64,000 nt of DNA from the human T2T-CHM13v2.0 reference genome, Homo sapiens (GCF_009914755.1 NC_060934.1); one strand, 5' to 3'. Positions 1 through 14,450 are shown, counted from the stretch's first letter. Notes: generated from the sequence alone by a model not told the origin. Numbers and translations: made by a program.

Positions 1-137
1 CCCTTATAGCCACTGATGGCTCACTGTGTCAAACCTTCTCCTCATTTCATCACCAGCACAACCCCACTGTCCAGGTGGAAAAACTGACTTAATGCATTTA
101 AGGTATTTAACACAATGGCTGGTCTAGAAATAGTTTT

Positions 138-288
138 GATGACAATGATGGTGATGGTGATGACACAGTGATGATGGTGAGGAAGATGGTGGTGGTGGTG
201 ATGATGATGATGATATAGTGACAATGGCCATGATGATGGTGATGAACATGATGATGATGGTGATGATGATGATGGTGGTGGTGATGAT
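138..288. repeat. Degenerate (GAT/GGT)n trinucleotide repeat
   Basis: Runs of gatgatgat and ggtggtggt. Source of the poly-His and poly-Met ORFs. Confidence 0.95.
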
Positions 289-2707
289 TCTTCACCTTCA
301 TCATCTCAGGCAGCTTCTGAGCATCCACATCAGTTCTCTCCAGGCTGGGTTCCAGCCCTCTGTTCATCTGGATGACATCTCATTATTATTATTTTTTGTT
401 TTACAGATGGGAAGAAACTGTTCTTTTTTCCAGCAAAGAGGGCTGGGAATTTATCATCAAAATACTGCCAGACTGTAAATCTGGTGTTAGACACAATGTG
501 AAATTCTGCAGGAATCAAAGTTTCTGTGAATCTTTTGCCTTATGGGGCCTCAGACATTCTAATGTGTGGTTGTGACAAATGGTCTTCAGATGAGACAAAC
601 TTTGAAAGATCTGTATTCTCTAGTTTTTTAGCCTTGACACTGTGCAGTGCAGAAACGTGCCTCTGGCAGCTGTAAGGAAGATTGGCACATCCATCAGGGT
701 GGGCTGCAGGCCCCTGGGTGAGATGGGAGCACAGGGGTGTCGGTTCCGCCGGCTCTGCTCTGCTCACGTGGATGGTCAGGATTCACAGCCAATGATGGCA
801 TCGAGATGGATGCCTCCCCAGGATGGATCATGGCCACCAGCAAAACCCTGGCTGTGGGGCTTGGTGCTGGCCCTGAGTAGGAACCCTGCAGGCAGCTAGG
901 TGAACTCAGCAGGAGCAGCTGTTCCTCTGCTCTTACACAGAGATGACACTGCCCAGTGCACAGAGATGCAGAGATGACACTGGCCAGTGCACACAGATGG
1001 GGCTCTAGGATGGGCAGAGATGCAAAATCCTCCTGGAGGAGCGATCATGAGTTCCCAGCTGGGGTCTGGGCTGCCTGGAATCTCCAGGGACCTGTGCCCC
1101 AGCCACAGACTCACTGTTGGCCTTTCCGGCTTGGTCAGCTCCTGACTGCCTAGCACCCCTGCTTCTGCCCTGCTCGCTTCACCTCTTCCGGGAATCACAA
1201 ACCAATTCCTGGCTCTGCCTAAGGCCAGACAGGCCCTACCGTGGCTGGACAGCTCACTCCCAGTCTTCAGTGTGACCACACTCATCTGTCCCGTGTGCAC
1301 TTGCTGTCCGTGTAGCTGTGGCACATGGGCCATGCTGGGGAGAGGTGGCAGAATGAGGAGTGATCAGGCCATGGGAGCTGTGGCCTCCTGGACCGTCCAC
1401 CATGCTGAGAGGCAGGCTCACCAAGGCCTGGGAAGAGCTGAAGTCTCTCCCAGCTGAGGTTTATGAGCCACTCAGAAGGTGAAACACCTGCTGAAAAGGG
1501 TTTGCTGGTGGCCTCGTTCTGGCTGGGGGCAGAATCCCAGTGAGCAGCAAGCTCCGGCTCTGAGCCAGCTCTCAGCTGCGGGAGGCAGGGCAGCTATGTG
1601 CTGCTAGGCGGCAGCTCTGGCCTGAGCTCCTGCTTTGCGACAGACTCTGCTGGGGACCGTGTTCATCCAGCTTCAGTGCCGGCTGCCAGGCTTCCCCAGC
1701 AATTAATTAGGAGGCCCTTGAGCACCTCCCCAGGACGTGTTTCTGCACCTGTAACTTGTGCAGTCTCCTCATGTGGGAACTCACGCTGGTGGCTCCAGAG
1801 AGGCAGCACCTACCTCCACCCAGGGCAGCACAGACACCAGGCCACGTCCTGTCCTTTGGCAGGTAGTTTTCTGGTAACATTTGCAAAATTACCAAAGCTC
1901 TCAACCTGAGATCTTGGTCTCAGAGCTCTCAAAACTCTGGACGGGGCCAGACAAGAGCTGAGGGAGACGGTCAGGGCACCTTGACTTGAGAATTTGGGGC
2001 ATAGCTGACGAGGCTGATTAATCACTGAAAAAGCAAACCCACAACAACAAACACCTATTTTCTTGTCTCTACTTGCTGCCTCCAGGTGTTGATTTTAGGT
2101 AATATTGAAGGAGACACAGCCCAGTCACAGGCATCTCAGGACACAGGATTCTAAGGAATTCTAAGATTTAAAACAAAAACAAACGGCAGGAAACTAAATA
2201 CCACAAAGGCAGAGGGGAAGTGTTTTTATCTCCCCAGAGTCTAAGCACACCGAATTGTTAGAGAAACAGAACAAAAGGCCCATAGACAACATCTTCACAC
2301 ACTGATGAGTGAAGAACCCCACAGGAGCACCAGTGTGCGTGGGCAACTCCAGGCCAAACCCTGACAGAGACAGAGACTGAGGCACGTCCCAGGCCCCAAG
2401 CACCAGCCAGCCCGTGACCCTGTCATGAGCAGCATTCCCAGGCCAGGAGGCAGCCCCCGGGCCTCTGCGGCTAAGAGGCTGATGGGAAGCAGAGGCAGAC
2501 GTGAGCAGAAGCCTTCTGGGGTCCAAACCTCGGAGAAGCCCAGGTGGCCCAGGAAGTTCGAAAGGGCAGGGCCTGGGAGTATCTCATGCCAGATAAAACT
2601 GGGCCCTAAACACAGACTGGTGAGCTCAGTATAGCAGCTGCCTCAACAGACAGAGATGCCAGGGAATGGAGGGGCAGGTTCAGATAGAGTGCAATGCAGA
2701 GCGAAGG

Positions 2708-2855
2708 GACAGGTCCCTAAAACACAGCCCCCCGTCACAATCACAGACTCTAGGAGGGAGTCCCAGAACCACAGACCTGGAGACAGGTCCCCCAAAGACA
2801 CAGCCCGTGTCACAATAGCAGACTCTAGGATGGAGTCCCAGAGCCACAGACCTGG
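2708..2855. repeat. Diverged two-copy tandem duplication, unit about 74 bp
   Basis: gacaggtccc...gtcacaat...cagactctagg...gagtcccaga.ccacagacctgg starts at 2708 and again at 2782. Confidence 0.9.
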
Positions 2856-3059
2856 CACGCTGCCCGGGGCCACTGCTCTTGTCACCGTCTCATCTAAACA
2901 GGGATGACAGAGAACCACCACGGTCCCAGCCCACATACCACTACCAAGACCACTACCAAGAGGGACAGATGCTCAGAGAAACACCCCCAGGTGGCAGAGG
3001 AACCACAGGGAAGCATACCCAGACATTGAATGACAATTCAGCTGACTATTCAAAAAGAA

Positions 3060-4580
3060 GCTAAATAGTAAAAGAAAAAAATAGATGTTATAAAATATCA
3101 GCATATGTCTTATTTTAAAATGAGTAAAAAAGAATATTGGTCAAAGTAAAGACTTGAAAAACAGTCTGAGAAAATCTGGGAAATAATTAGAAATGAAAGG
3201 GAAAAAGTGGAAATGAAGAATAAACTAGAACGAACCCAAGAGTGAATAAATGTCATAAATGATGTCATAGAAGGAATAGAAAGTGGGAAGGGAAGAGGAA
3301 ATCCAGAAAGAGCATAATGACGAAGCGTCAACAGCGTGCAAAGGAGGCGACCCAGGAGGAAGCCGAGGGAGAACCAAACAGTTCACAGGTGACTCCAAGC
3401 CACGAAACAGAACAGACATGAAAGCAATTCAAGAAAATGCCCTTACAGAAGAAAGGCCTCCACCTACATTTTTATAAGATACACCTCATATCTGGGAAAA
3501 CGAACCAAGAATCACCAAGATTTAGTTCTATCATTGTCTTCTAAAGGATAAAGATAGTAACTAAAATCGACTAAAACATCAGCTGTGTTTACATCCAATT
3601 CACAGTAAGTTGGTCACCTTTCGAGGATACTGGGGAACCGATGCAGTATTTTGGAAATTGATATTTAAAGGAAAGAATCAAGTGTTTATTGTGTGTTTTC
3701 AGTTTAAACGATACCTTGAGGGAGCCAATAGTTTATGAGGGTGAGTTTCTCTTTATAAAAGTAGGCAAGCTAGTAAATGTGAATAAAATGGCAGAATTAA
3801 GAGATTAGCACTTAGCAATCTCTAAGGAAGTCGTAGATCAAGATAGATCATCTGCTTGCATCACGAAAAGACAGACGAGCCGACATCACCTGCTTCCTCA
3901 TGGAAGGAACTCAAAGCCACCATTAGTCCTGCCAGAGCACTAATCAAACCTGACCCTGATAAAGCTCGGCTCTGACGGCAGATTTACCAAAAATACAGGG
4001 GACAGAAGAACAAGCCCCTAAACCATGCCCCAGGCATGATCTATGTCCAAACCATGCTCCAGGAATGCGATGATCTATGTCCAAATGATGGGAAATGCAA
4101 CATTTGTAAAAAATCTCTTGCTTCTTCAAAAACAAATGAAGAAAATAAAAATGAAGCGTGAAAGGGAAAACATCAGCAGGTTAAAAGAGGCTTAGGAGAG
4201 AGAAGCAGAGGGCAATACCTGAAACTGACTTAGTCCTGATATGAAAGCAAACCTCTAAGAGGAAAAAAAAAAAGAAAACAGTCAAGGAAATTTAAACCAT
4301 GGCTGGAAGCCCATTTGATAATGTTAAGGAATTATTTGTTTTTTAAGATGTGACTATGTTACCATGCTTATATTTTAAAATTCCTTATATTGTACTATTA
4401 TATTCTAGAATATTTACAAGTAAGATTTATATGATGTTGGGGGTTTGTTTCAGACTAATCTAGAGGGGCACTGACCAAAGCAGAAAAACGCTGGCGTTGA
4501 GCTGATGCTGGGAAATGAATGCGTGGAGGCGAACTGTGTTATTCCAGCTTTTATGTTGAGCTTTTCCATAATAAAAAGTT
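3060..4580 (+). mobile_element. Highly decayed L1M (L1MC/ME-like) fragments
   Basis: A-rich plus strand ending in an old-L1 3' end-like segment (tgttaaggaattatttg...ttccataataaaaagtt). Boundaries approximate. Confidence 0.5.
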
Positions 4581-4782
4581 ATAAGTAGGTAAAATAACAA
4601 TTACTCCTTAATTGGGTATGTTTGTTTTTTCATATATTTGTAGAGCCTTTTCAACCCAGTGTCAGGCAGCTAAGCACACACTGGACCATCTTACGCCACC
4701 TATCTCTCCTATCACAATGGAACTGTTTGTCTTTGATGGAAATCACTCGTCTCCTGGGACCTTTTGAACTGACCTAACCTGT

Positions 4783-5482
4783 TGTATTAGTTCATTCTCA
4801 CACTGCTGTAAAGAACTACCTGAGATTGGGTAATTCATCAAGAAAGGAGGTGTAATTGACTCACAGTTGCGCATGGATCGGGAGGCCTCAGGAAACTTTC
4901 AATCTTGGCGGAAGTTGAAGAGGAAGCAAGGCCTGTTTTCCATGGTGGCAGGAGACAGAGTGGATGGGGGAGACTTCCACGAACTTTTAAACCACCAAAT
5001 CTTGTGAGAACTCATGCACTATCATGAGACCACCATGCAGGAAACTGCCCCCATGATCCAATCGCCTCCCACAAGTCCCCTCCCCTGACACATGCCACTT
5101 TCAGGCTGCTGATAAAGACATATCCGAGACTGGGTGATTTATAAAAAAAAAAAAAAAAGGTTGAACGGATTCACAGTTCCACGGGTCTGGGAGGCCTCAC
5201 AATCACAGTGGAGGTGAAAGACGCATGTTACAAGGCGGCAGGCAAGGAGAGTGTGTGCGTGGGAACTCTCCTTTATAAAACCATCAGATCTTGTGACACT
5301 TAGTCACTATCATGAGAACAGGCAGGGAAAGACGGCCCTGGTGATTCAATTACCTCCCACTGGGTCCCTCTCATGACACGTGGCAATTATGGGAGCTATA
5401 ATTCAAGATGAGACTTGGGTGGGGACACAGCCAAACCATATCACATAGGGATTACAATTCCAGATGAGGGTTAGGTGGACAG
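4783..5482 (-). mobile_element. MST/THE1-family MaLR LTR interrupted by a second LTR
   Basis: tgtattagttcattctcacactgct...ggaggcctcaggaaac...cctgacacatg, resuming after 5443 as catagggattacaatt... Confidence 0.85.
5095..5443 (-). mobile_element. THE1(B/C)-like MaLR LTR nested in the previous LTR
   Basis: gctgctgataaagacata.ccgagactggg...gggtggggacacagccaaaccatatca, the reverse complement of the THE1 start TGATATGGTTTGGCTGTGTCCCC. Confidence 0.9.
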
Positions 5483-8400
5483 CTAGAGGAAAATCACGTC
5501 ACCTGTGTCCCCCTCATGTGACCATTTCCTCTTTGGCTTCTTCCATCCTGGCTGTCCCCTCAGGGCCCACGCCCCTGTGTCCCTCTGCCTGTCATCCTGT
5601 GATCTGCTCTGACCCTCTCTTCCTCCTCGTTCAAGTTGAGCATTTCTTACCACAGAAGTGATGATCACGCTGAAGAGTTAACCTGTCATTTCTCATAATA
5701 CAGAACAAATACGTTCTCTTACGGGAGAGGAAACTACCTGAGATTGTGATAAATTTATACCTCCAAGTAGTGATACAGTGAGCCAAATATCTGACAACCA
5801 GCCTTGTGGAGAAAGTACTGAGTTTTGGGGGAAACTGACTCCCCCACTGATCAGTGGTGGGGGAGTCACTGACTAATGGACTAATACAACATGTTAGGTC
5901 AGTTCAGTGGCGGAGTCACTGACTCCCCCAGTGATCTCTGCATCCCTGCAGGGACGGGCATCAACCCCCCGGCAAACCCTAATGACACCATAAATATGGG
6001 GTAACTGAATTATATGAAAAGAGTACTGAAAACATGCCCACCTTCTGGAGAGGAAGCAAATTGGTGGGGCATTCCCGTGAGCACCCACGCAAGCTACACT
6101 GTGCATTTCACAAGCCCTGGGCCACAGCCGCACAAAACAATCTGATGACTTAAGAAAATATATTTCCACTTCAAAACACTGCAGCAATTCCAGAAATCAC
6201 AGGTGTGATTCGAGCCGCGGTGTCCAGGTTTCTGATGCTCAGGCGTTCATTCTTGGGAGAAGGCGGGAGGCAACTGCAGTGATACCACTCAGCAGAGACC
6301 ACCACCCTGCACACGTGAGGTCAGAGGGATAGGAGGGAGGGAACTGTTCACGGGAATGCTCCCCAGAGCCCATTTGAAAGAGTTATAAAGTCAGAAGACC
6401 AAAGATCAAAGCAGGTCTGAACTATGAAAAGACCCATTCATCAGAAACTGGCAGCACCTCCAGGCCCTGAGCAGAAAGGGGCCGAGCGGTCATGAATCTA
6501 TTTTCCAGGCCCAGGGAAGATGCATCGTCTTCGCCAATGCATCCCTCTAAATAGTAAATAACAAGCTATTTGAAGTGACACTCACCACGTAGATTAGAAT
6601 ATTTCAGTAATTTGAATGCTTGTCATTGTGACATATTTCTCCTCCGAGAGAATTTCAGGAAAAGTTTCATGTGGACCTGAATCACTGTCACAATCGATTT
6701 AATTCCATCTGTGCATGAGTGCCCAAAATGTGTATCGATTGTGCCAGGGTTCACAAGAAATGTGGGGAGTAGATGCCGGTGTCCAAAACAATCATCATCA
6801 CAGCTTATTTGCTTGTTTCTTAAACAACATAATCAGGCTGCTGATGAGTCACACATTGCAGGAGAATTTTAAATGCTCTTTGATGAGGCAAAATTACGCT
6901 ATCCACACAAAAAGCGCAGGTCCAAATGAACAGATTTCAGCAGGCCCCCTGGAGGCATGTTCTCTAACTATCTGGGCCAGATTCTGCGACATAGAAATAC
7001 ATAAAAGCAGCTAGGAGCTTGAGGAGTACATGGACTTATTGACAATAACCTTCCCAAAGAGGGATCAAAATGCCATGTTGATGCTGATGGTTCACCTGGC
7101 CTGGGGCGATTCGCTCTGAGCAGGAGGCGTGCAGGTTGGTGCTTCGGAAGAGCTTTGGGAAAACCTGCCCTATGGTGAAGCTTCCAAACAGAGGGCATGG
7201 CTTTGTAAACCGGCTCATGAATGAATGCGCAGGACGGGATGGGCGTGCTCAGTCCTCGGGCTGACTGCAGAACAAACGCCAAAGCATTTCCTCTCAGATC
7301 TGAGGGGGCCCCAGCCTCCCCGAGAGTCTTCCTCTCCCACGGAATCTTCAAGGCTGGAACCAACATGGAAATGAACAGCTGCCAAAACGGAGGCAGCTCC
7401 ATGCAAAACATCCGTGCATGTTTCAAAGTTGGTTTTCAGTGACGGAAGTCATTCAGATGATTAAAACTAAAATTAGCGTTTCAATGTTGTTGAAATGCCA
7501 ACTGTTGGGAACTGAGGCCAGTCCCACGGGATGGGAGTGCAGCCGGGTGATGAGGCGGACAGCCCAGCTGCTTCGGATCCCGCCTCCCACACAAGTTCAA
7601 AATTCATCAAATCATGGCCACATTCCACGTTTCCTGTGCCTCAGGAAGCTCATCTTGTGTTTTCAATTTAGCACACATATCCAAAGATCAGCAGAGACCA
7701 GCTTAGCTGAGGTCCACGTGTGACGGTGAAATCAGAGAGGCTGCACTGGGCTCTTTCCTGGAGCCCTTGGCCCCCGTCAGAGGTGCTCCTTGTCCATCCC
7801 CTGTGGCCCACACAGCATCCTTTGGCCCCCAAAAGTGACTTTCTAAGGAGGAGATTTGGGGTAGCAAGAAGACAGCTGCCCAGGAGATTGTGGGTGGGAG
7901 GCGTCCTCCCTCCACAGCCAGTGAGCCTCTGCCCTGCCACGTGCGGCCCTAGACCTCCCCACATAGTGGCTCACAGGCTGCCACGTGCTGTGGGGCCAGG
8001 CGGCAGGAGCACTGGGGGAGAAGAGCCTTTTACCTCCTACCTGCTCACCTCGCTGGCTTGGGGAAGACACTGTTATTCTTCTTTGCATTGTTTCTGAAAG
8101 TTCTGTGGTGTCTGCCTATTATTGAACCACTCAGGTCTAGTTCTACGTGTTTTGTTCATGGCTCCATCGGCACCCAGCAGAGAGAAGAGTCTGCCCTGAC
8201 CGCCCTGGCTGCTGGGCCTGCTAGGTACCCTCAAGCCCAGCTCTTGCTCCCTCTTCCCCTCTCTTCCTTACCATCCTTCTGTCCTTTGCTAAAAAGTCAA
8301 AAGGACTGAAAATGTGAGAATGCACACTGGCTCTGAGTCAAGATTTTGTTTTCCCTTCATTGTGGCAAATACTTTTTATTGCAAAAGTACATTTTTTAAA

Positions 8401-8974
8401 AGAGAAAACGCATACGACACTGAGATTCCTGACCACTTCATTTGGGTTCCTGTTGCAGGCCTAGGGTATCCCATGAGCAGGGCTGATGCAGGAGCCTGGT
8501 GTAGGATGAACGCACCTGTGGGCTGTGGCAGGACCCAGGGTCCAACGGAACGTCCAGGCATCATGGGGCCAATAACAGCCCAGCTCAGGAAGAGCCTGGG
8601 AAGGGTCCCTTATTGATTTGCCTTTCAGGGTCCTCCCCACCCTTCTCTGCCAAACATGGGGCCCAGCAGCCACAACATTCCTTCCGTCTCCCTGTTCTGG
8701 GGAACTTAAACACACACTTCCACATTCACCCCCTTATCTGAAACTCACAGACAAGGCAGGGCAGACCAGCAGCCACACAGGAGGGGTTAAAGGGCAGGAG
8801 CCAACCCCCAACTTGATGGAAAACAGGGATTCCCTACCTCGGTGCATGGCAACTCCCAAAATCAAACCATGACCAGCGACTTGGAAGGAGAGCTTCCCAC
8901 TGGCTGTGTGCACCCTGCAGGAATGCAGGCATCATCTCCTCCACCTGTCCCAACACCCACTGGGGCCTCTGCAA

Positions 8975-9095
8975 AGCCTCATCTTATACATGAGAAATCT
9001 GAGATCAGGGTTGGCTGACTTTGCCCAAAGTCATCCAGCAGGCAAGACATAGAGCTGCAGCACCAAGCCAGGGCTGCCTGACCCCTAAACTCAAC
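8975..9095 (-). mobile_element. MIR fragment
   Basis: catcttatacatgagaaatctgag...tgactttgcccaaagtcatccagc resembles the reverse-complement MIR core. Confidence 0.65.
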
Positions 9096-9433
9096 CTCTG
9101 ACACAGCACATGGCACCTCCTATGCACCTGGCCCCCATGACCACTCCTACAGGACTCTGGAAACACAGCAGGGCTGAGCATGTGGGCGCCTGGGTAGGCT
9201 GGGGGTGGCAGGCCCTGTGTACAGTGTCTGAAGTGCCCCAAGCCTCCGAGATACCTGCTTCAGCAGGTGCCCAGGACACTGCTAAGACAGAACCTGAAAC
9301 CTCTTACCATCTGTCTAGCGGTTGAATTAGCTCTTTGCTCATAGTCAATGTGGTCAAAATGATGCCTTTTCTTTCTACACCACCTGAGTACACAGTAGGG
9401 AAAGATCTGCTGGGGAAGAGCACGGCCACCTAC

Positions 9434-9503
9434 CGGTTCCTCTTGGTTTTCACATCTTGGTCTTCCCTGTTGTCTTCAGAACTGGACCCATCGCTGTTGT
9501 CAG
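9434..9503 (-). CDS. TCERG1L: TCERG1L internal coding exon (about exon 8), 70 nt, (T)DNSDGSSSEDNREDQDVKTKRN(R)
   Basis: Acceptor ttttctttcag|CT, donor CCG|gtaggt. Phase 1 to 2, continuing the frame of the WW exon. Confidence 0.93.
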
Positions 9504-11158
9504 CTGAAAGAAAATCAGATGAACAGGGTTAGAGTTGTCAGAGCTCAGGGCTTTGGCAAAACCACCAGGTGACACTCACTTTCAAGTAGACTTATCTAGA
9601 AATTAAGACAACAGGCTTCTCTTAAAGATTGATGTGAAATCCTACGAGTTTCCTCTTGGCACACATGCTTTTACATTTCAGCAGAACAGAAATCTGACTG
9701 TGCTGTTCTGCAGAGAGGTCCTCTTTAGAGACTGTCTGTTTAGCAGGTGCTGGGCCTTCCAGAGGGGCTGGGGGGTGGAGAATTACAGGTGGGCCTCTGC
9801 TCAGCCTCAAGACGAGGCCTGGGAATGAGCAAATCTATGTCATGTTCTTGAGAGGGAACCATGAGACCGGGGCCACCTCTGCGGCCACTGCCCCAGGGAA
9901 GGGTGGCCCCCAGCAGCACCTCCAACAGGCCCACGCTCAGCTCCTCTCCATCCACTGCAACAGATAACGAGATTCCCCTACCCCACATGTGGCCATGCCT
10001 CACTATGGACGCCCATCTACTTCCAAAAGCCAAATTGATTTTGAAGACATGATCCCTTATTTCCATTCTGAGGCAGTCAGCCCTGAAAACGTTTGATGAA
10101 CTTTTGGAATGAAAAAGTAAAAAGGTGCTTTGGTGTTTCCTGTGGTTCTCCAGGAGGGAAGAGGAAAGATAAGCGTGCAGATGGTCTGGAGTGTCATCCA
10201 GACCAAAAATTTTTGTATTTTTGGTAGAGAAGCATCACCTGCTTCTCATTCTGTGTCTACCTCTGGCTTATTCCGCCCCGCCCAGCTTGGGTGGCCAACT
10301 GAGCTGGGCTGGGCTAGGCTGAACTAGTCTGGGCTGGGCAGAGCTTCCCTCCATCTTCCCATCCAGCCTTGGGCCACCTTCCCAGTGACCGCTGAGCCTG
10401 CACCTCCTTCCTGGGAGGGTCTGCGATGAAAACAGCGCTCAGCTCAGGATGAGCCCAGAGTTGATGAGAAAAGACATCAGTTTCAACAATCGCAGGGGCC
10501 TCTGCACATTTTCTTTCTATAAAACCCGACAATTCTCCCTACACCTGTTTTTAGAATCCCAATAATGGCTCTGTTACCAGCTCACAGTTCAAATCTATTT
10601 ACAGGCTTCTTTTCAATGTGCAGCGTGGGGCCCTTGGTAAGAGGAGAGGGTCAGGCTCTGGAAGCCCCGGCTCATCCCAGTCATGCTGCATCATCCTTGT
10701 GGGGCCTCCGCCACCTGAGCTGCCCAGGCAGCTCATGGTCACCCCTGCCCACGAGCCACAGGACCACAGAGGCTGCTGTAGCGGGACCGGGGTGCAATGT
10801 ATCTGCCCTGTACCTTCCAGCAAGGCTGCAGTATCCATCATGCACACCCTGTGTGGGTGCTCCACCCTTCTGAAAGGATGTAGGCCTAGGAGGAAGGAAT
10901 TCCCATGGGCAGTGCAGAGCGGGGGATGAGCAGAACTTGGCCCCGGAAGGGCGGAGGAGCCACAGCCCGGGCGGAGCTTCCTGGCTTTTCAGCGGCCCCT
11001 GGTCCTGAACCTGGCAGTGCTGACTCCGGAGCTGGACTGCTGTGCCCTGGGGGCCGCCCTGTGCCCTGAAGGCGTCTCTCAGCCTCCTTGATCCCTGCCC
11101 CCTCCCCACCATGCTAACGAAAATGCCTCCAGAAGTTCCCAAATGTCCACAGGGGTAA

Positions 11159-12223
<1,065 letters not shown>

Positions 12224-13041
12224 AAACCGAGGGCACCCTGGGCACCCTGCTCCCTGCCTCAGCCTCTCCACCCCAACACCCTCCAAGGAAGTGCAGTACT
12301 CCTCGGCTGTGCCCCTGAGTCCTCTCCCGCTGGGGCGCTGGGTCCCGAGCTCTCACTGTGCCCTCCCGGTTTTCCCTCCCTGGTGCCCTGGCTTCTCCCT
12401 GGTCCCTCCTGGTCGTTCCTCCCTGCGTCACTGGGCCTTCTGGCCGTCTCATTCGGAGGCACCGGGGCCTCACAGAGGCTCTCTCAACTCCCCGGGCCCT
12501 CCGCCTGACTGCCTTTCTGCACCTCGTGGCGTTTGAAATCTTTTCCAAGGTGTGCCTCCTGCCTGCCGTGTCCAGGGGAGGGAGCATTCCAGCTCTGCCT
12601 GGAAGAAGGCATGGGAGTGGCACCTCTCCTCCACCCACACCAGAACGTACCCAGGGAGGCCACGGGGGAAACATCCACATTTCTTAAAACTTAAAAAATG
12701 AGGTCATGCAATTACACACATATTATTTAAAGTACATGTGTATAATATTGGTAATTTTTTAGGGTTTTAAACATTGGTTTGTTTTGAATAGTTTCAACAT
12801 GGGCAAAGCTTTCCTAATTATGATCCAGACTCATAAACAAAAATATGTATAAATTTAACAGACTTAGAGAATACAAAACCAGAGGGGTTGCCGTGCACAA
12901 CGGCAGCATAGCAAGCTCTCTGGTTGGGTCTCCACCAAGACTGCCGTCAAGCTGTAGGGGGATTAGAAGTAAGTATTTCAGCTCTCTGGAAGCAGATCAG
13001 ACACTTACAAAAGCTAGGGCTGGTGTAACAATCATGCTAGA

Positions 13042-13358
13042 GGCTGAGTGCGATGGCTTATGTCTGTAATCCCAGCACTTTGGGACGCAGAGGTGGGCAG
13101 ATCACCTGAGGTCAGGAGTTCGAGACCAGCCTGGCCAACATGGTGAAACCCCGTCTCTACCAAAAATACAAAAATTAGCCGGGTGTGGTGGCACATGTCT
13201 GTAATCTCAGCTACTCAGGAGGCTGAGGCAGGAGAATTTTTTGAACCCGGGAGAGTTCAATTTTTTGAACTCTGTAGTCAGCCAAGATGGCGCCACTGCA
13301 CTCCAGCCTGTGTGACAGAGTGAAACTCTGTCTCAAATAATAATACCGAAAAATAAAG
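13042..13358 (+). mobile_element. AluSx-like element with a rearranged right arm
   Basis: ggctgagtgcgatggcttatgtctgtaatcccagcactttggga...gatcacctgaggtcaggagttcgagacc...tctcaaataa. Confidence 0.96.
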
Positions 13359-13739
13359 AATAGCACTAGAGAGGCTGCCATTCTCTGCTGACTGCAAAGA
13401 CAAGGGAACAGAATCTTCAGTCACCACACACGGTGAGGAATACAGGCTTCAGGGGCATCACACATGGATGGCTCCAGCCTGCACAAGCCCACATCAGCGA
13501 TCTCTGGGAAGTGAGAGAATCTGATTTCCACCAAAGTTGCCCCATTACAATGCCTAGCATATCTACTTTTCAACAAAAAACTCAAAAGCATGCAAAACCA
13601 GGAAAGTAGGGCCAATTCATCTGATAAAAGATATTTGATAGAAATCATCCCTGAAGAAGTCCATGTGTAAAAATTAATGCAAACGGAGTTAACTGTACAA
13701 GTTACAAGTATAAGGGTTGTTGAAGAAAACATAAGGGGA

Positions 13740-14450
13740 AAATCGTTGTGACACTGCTTCATCATTGCAGAGTTTCTGCTATGGGTGAGAAAAGAGTTGT
13801 AGAAATAGGTAGTGTTGACAGCTCTCCAACATTGTGAACATACTGAACGCCACTGAATTGTACATTTACACATGGTTAAACGGTCAGCTTCATGTTATAT
13901 ATATTTTACCACAGTGAGAAAAAAAATCAAGGACAACTTGTTCTATGGCAAAAAAATCGAAAGACCAGTAAAATATTATAATAATATTGTAGCCAAACAC
14001 TGTTAGCCTTGATCTTCAAGTCCAAGTAACTCAATAAGAAAGATAAGGAACACAAACACAAAACAAATGGCCAGCAAACCTGTGAAAAACTGTTCAATTT
14101 CACTCAAAATTAAAGCAATGCCAACTGAAGCAAAGAATGGCTTTAAGAATTAAGTCTCATGCTCTACAGTGCTAAGGAGATCATGCAGAATCTACCAGTA
14201 CAAGTGTGAACTGATCAGTCTCTTTGGGAGAAGATTCGGCAGTACCTGCCCAAAATCGAAAATGCACGTACCTTTTGAGCCAACAATTCTAATAATGTGA
14301 AATTACACAATCGATATGTTTGCAGAAACACTCCTAAGGTAAAAACCTAGGTACAAAGATGTTCTTTCCAGCACTGTGTGTGGGAGCACAAAGCACATGA
14401 CCCAGATGTCCATCCAAGAGGAGGCTCTGAGGAAGTCATCATGCATCCAG
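13740..14450 (+). mobile_element. Old L1M fragments (3' end at about 13740-13926, then ORF2-end fragments)
   Basis: aacattgtgaacatactgaacgccactgaattgtacattta...tatattttaccacag followed by an A tail is a typical L1MB/MC 3' end. Downstream gtaccttttgagccaacaattcta is L1ME-like. Confidence 0.65.

Noticed and set aside
42-478. Poly-His and poly-Met ORFs
   Set aside because: Products of the GAT/GGT repeat.
9308-9433. Alternative donor ATG|gtaaga that would extend exon ~8 by 126 nt
   Set aside because: The extension hits TAG immediately after the exon, and nothing supports its use.
10301-10339. GAGCT/GGGCT pentamers resembling immunoglobulin switch repeats
   Set aside because: Only eight degenerate units and no immunoglobulin context.
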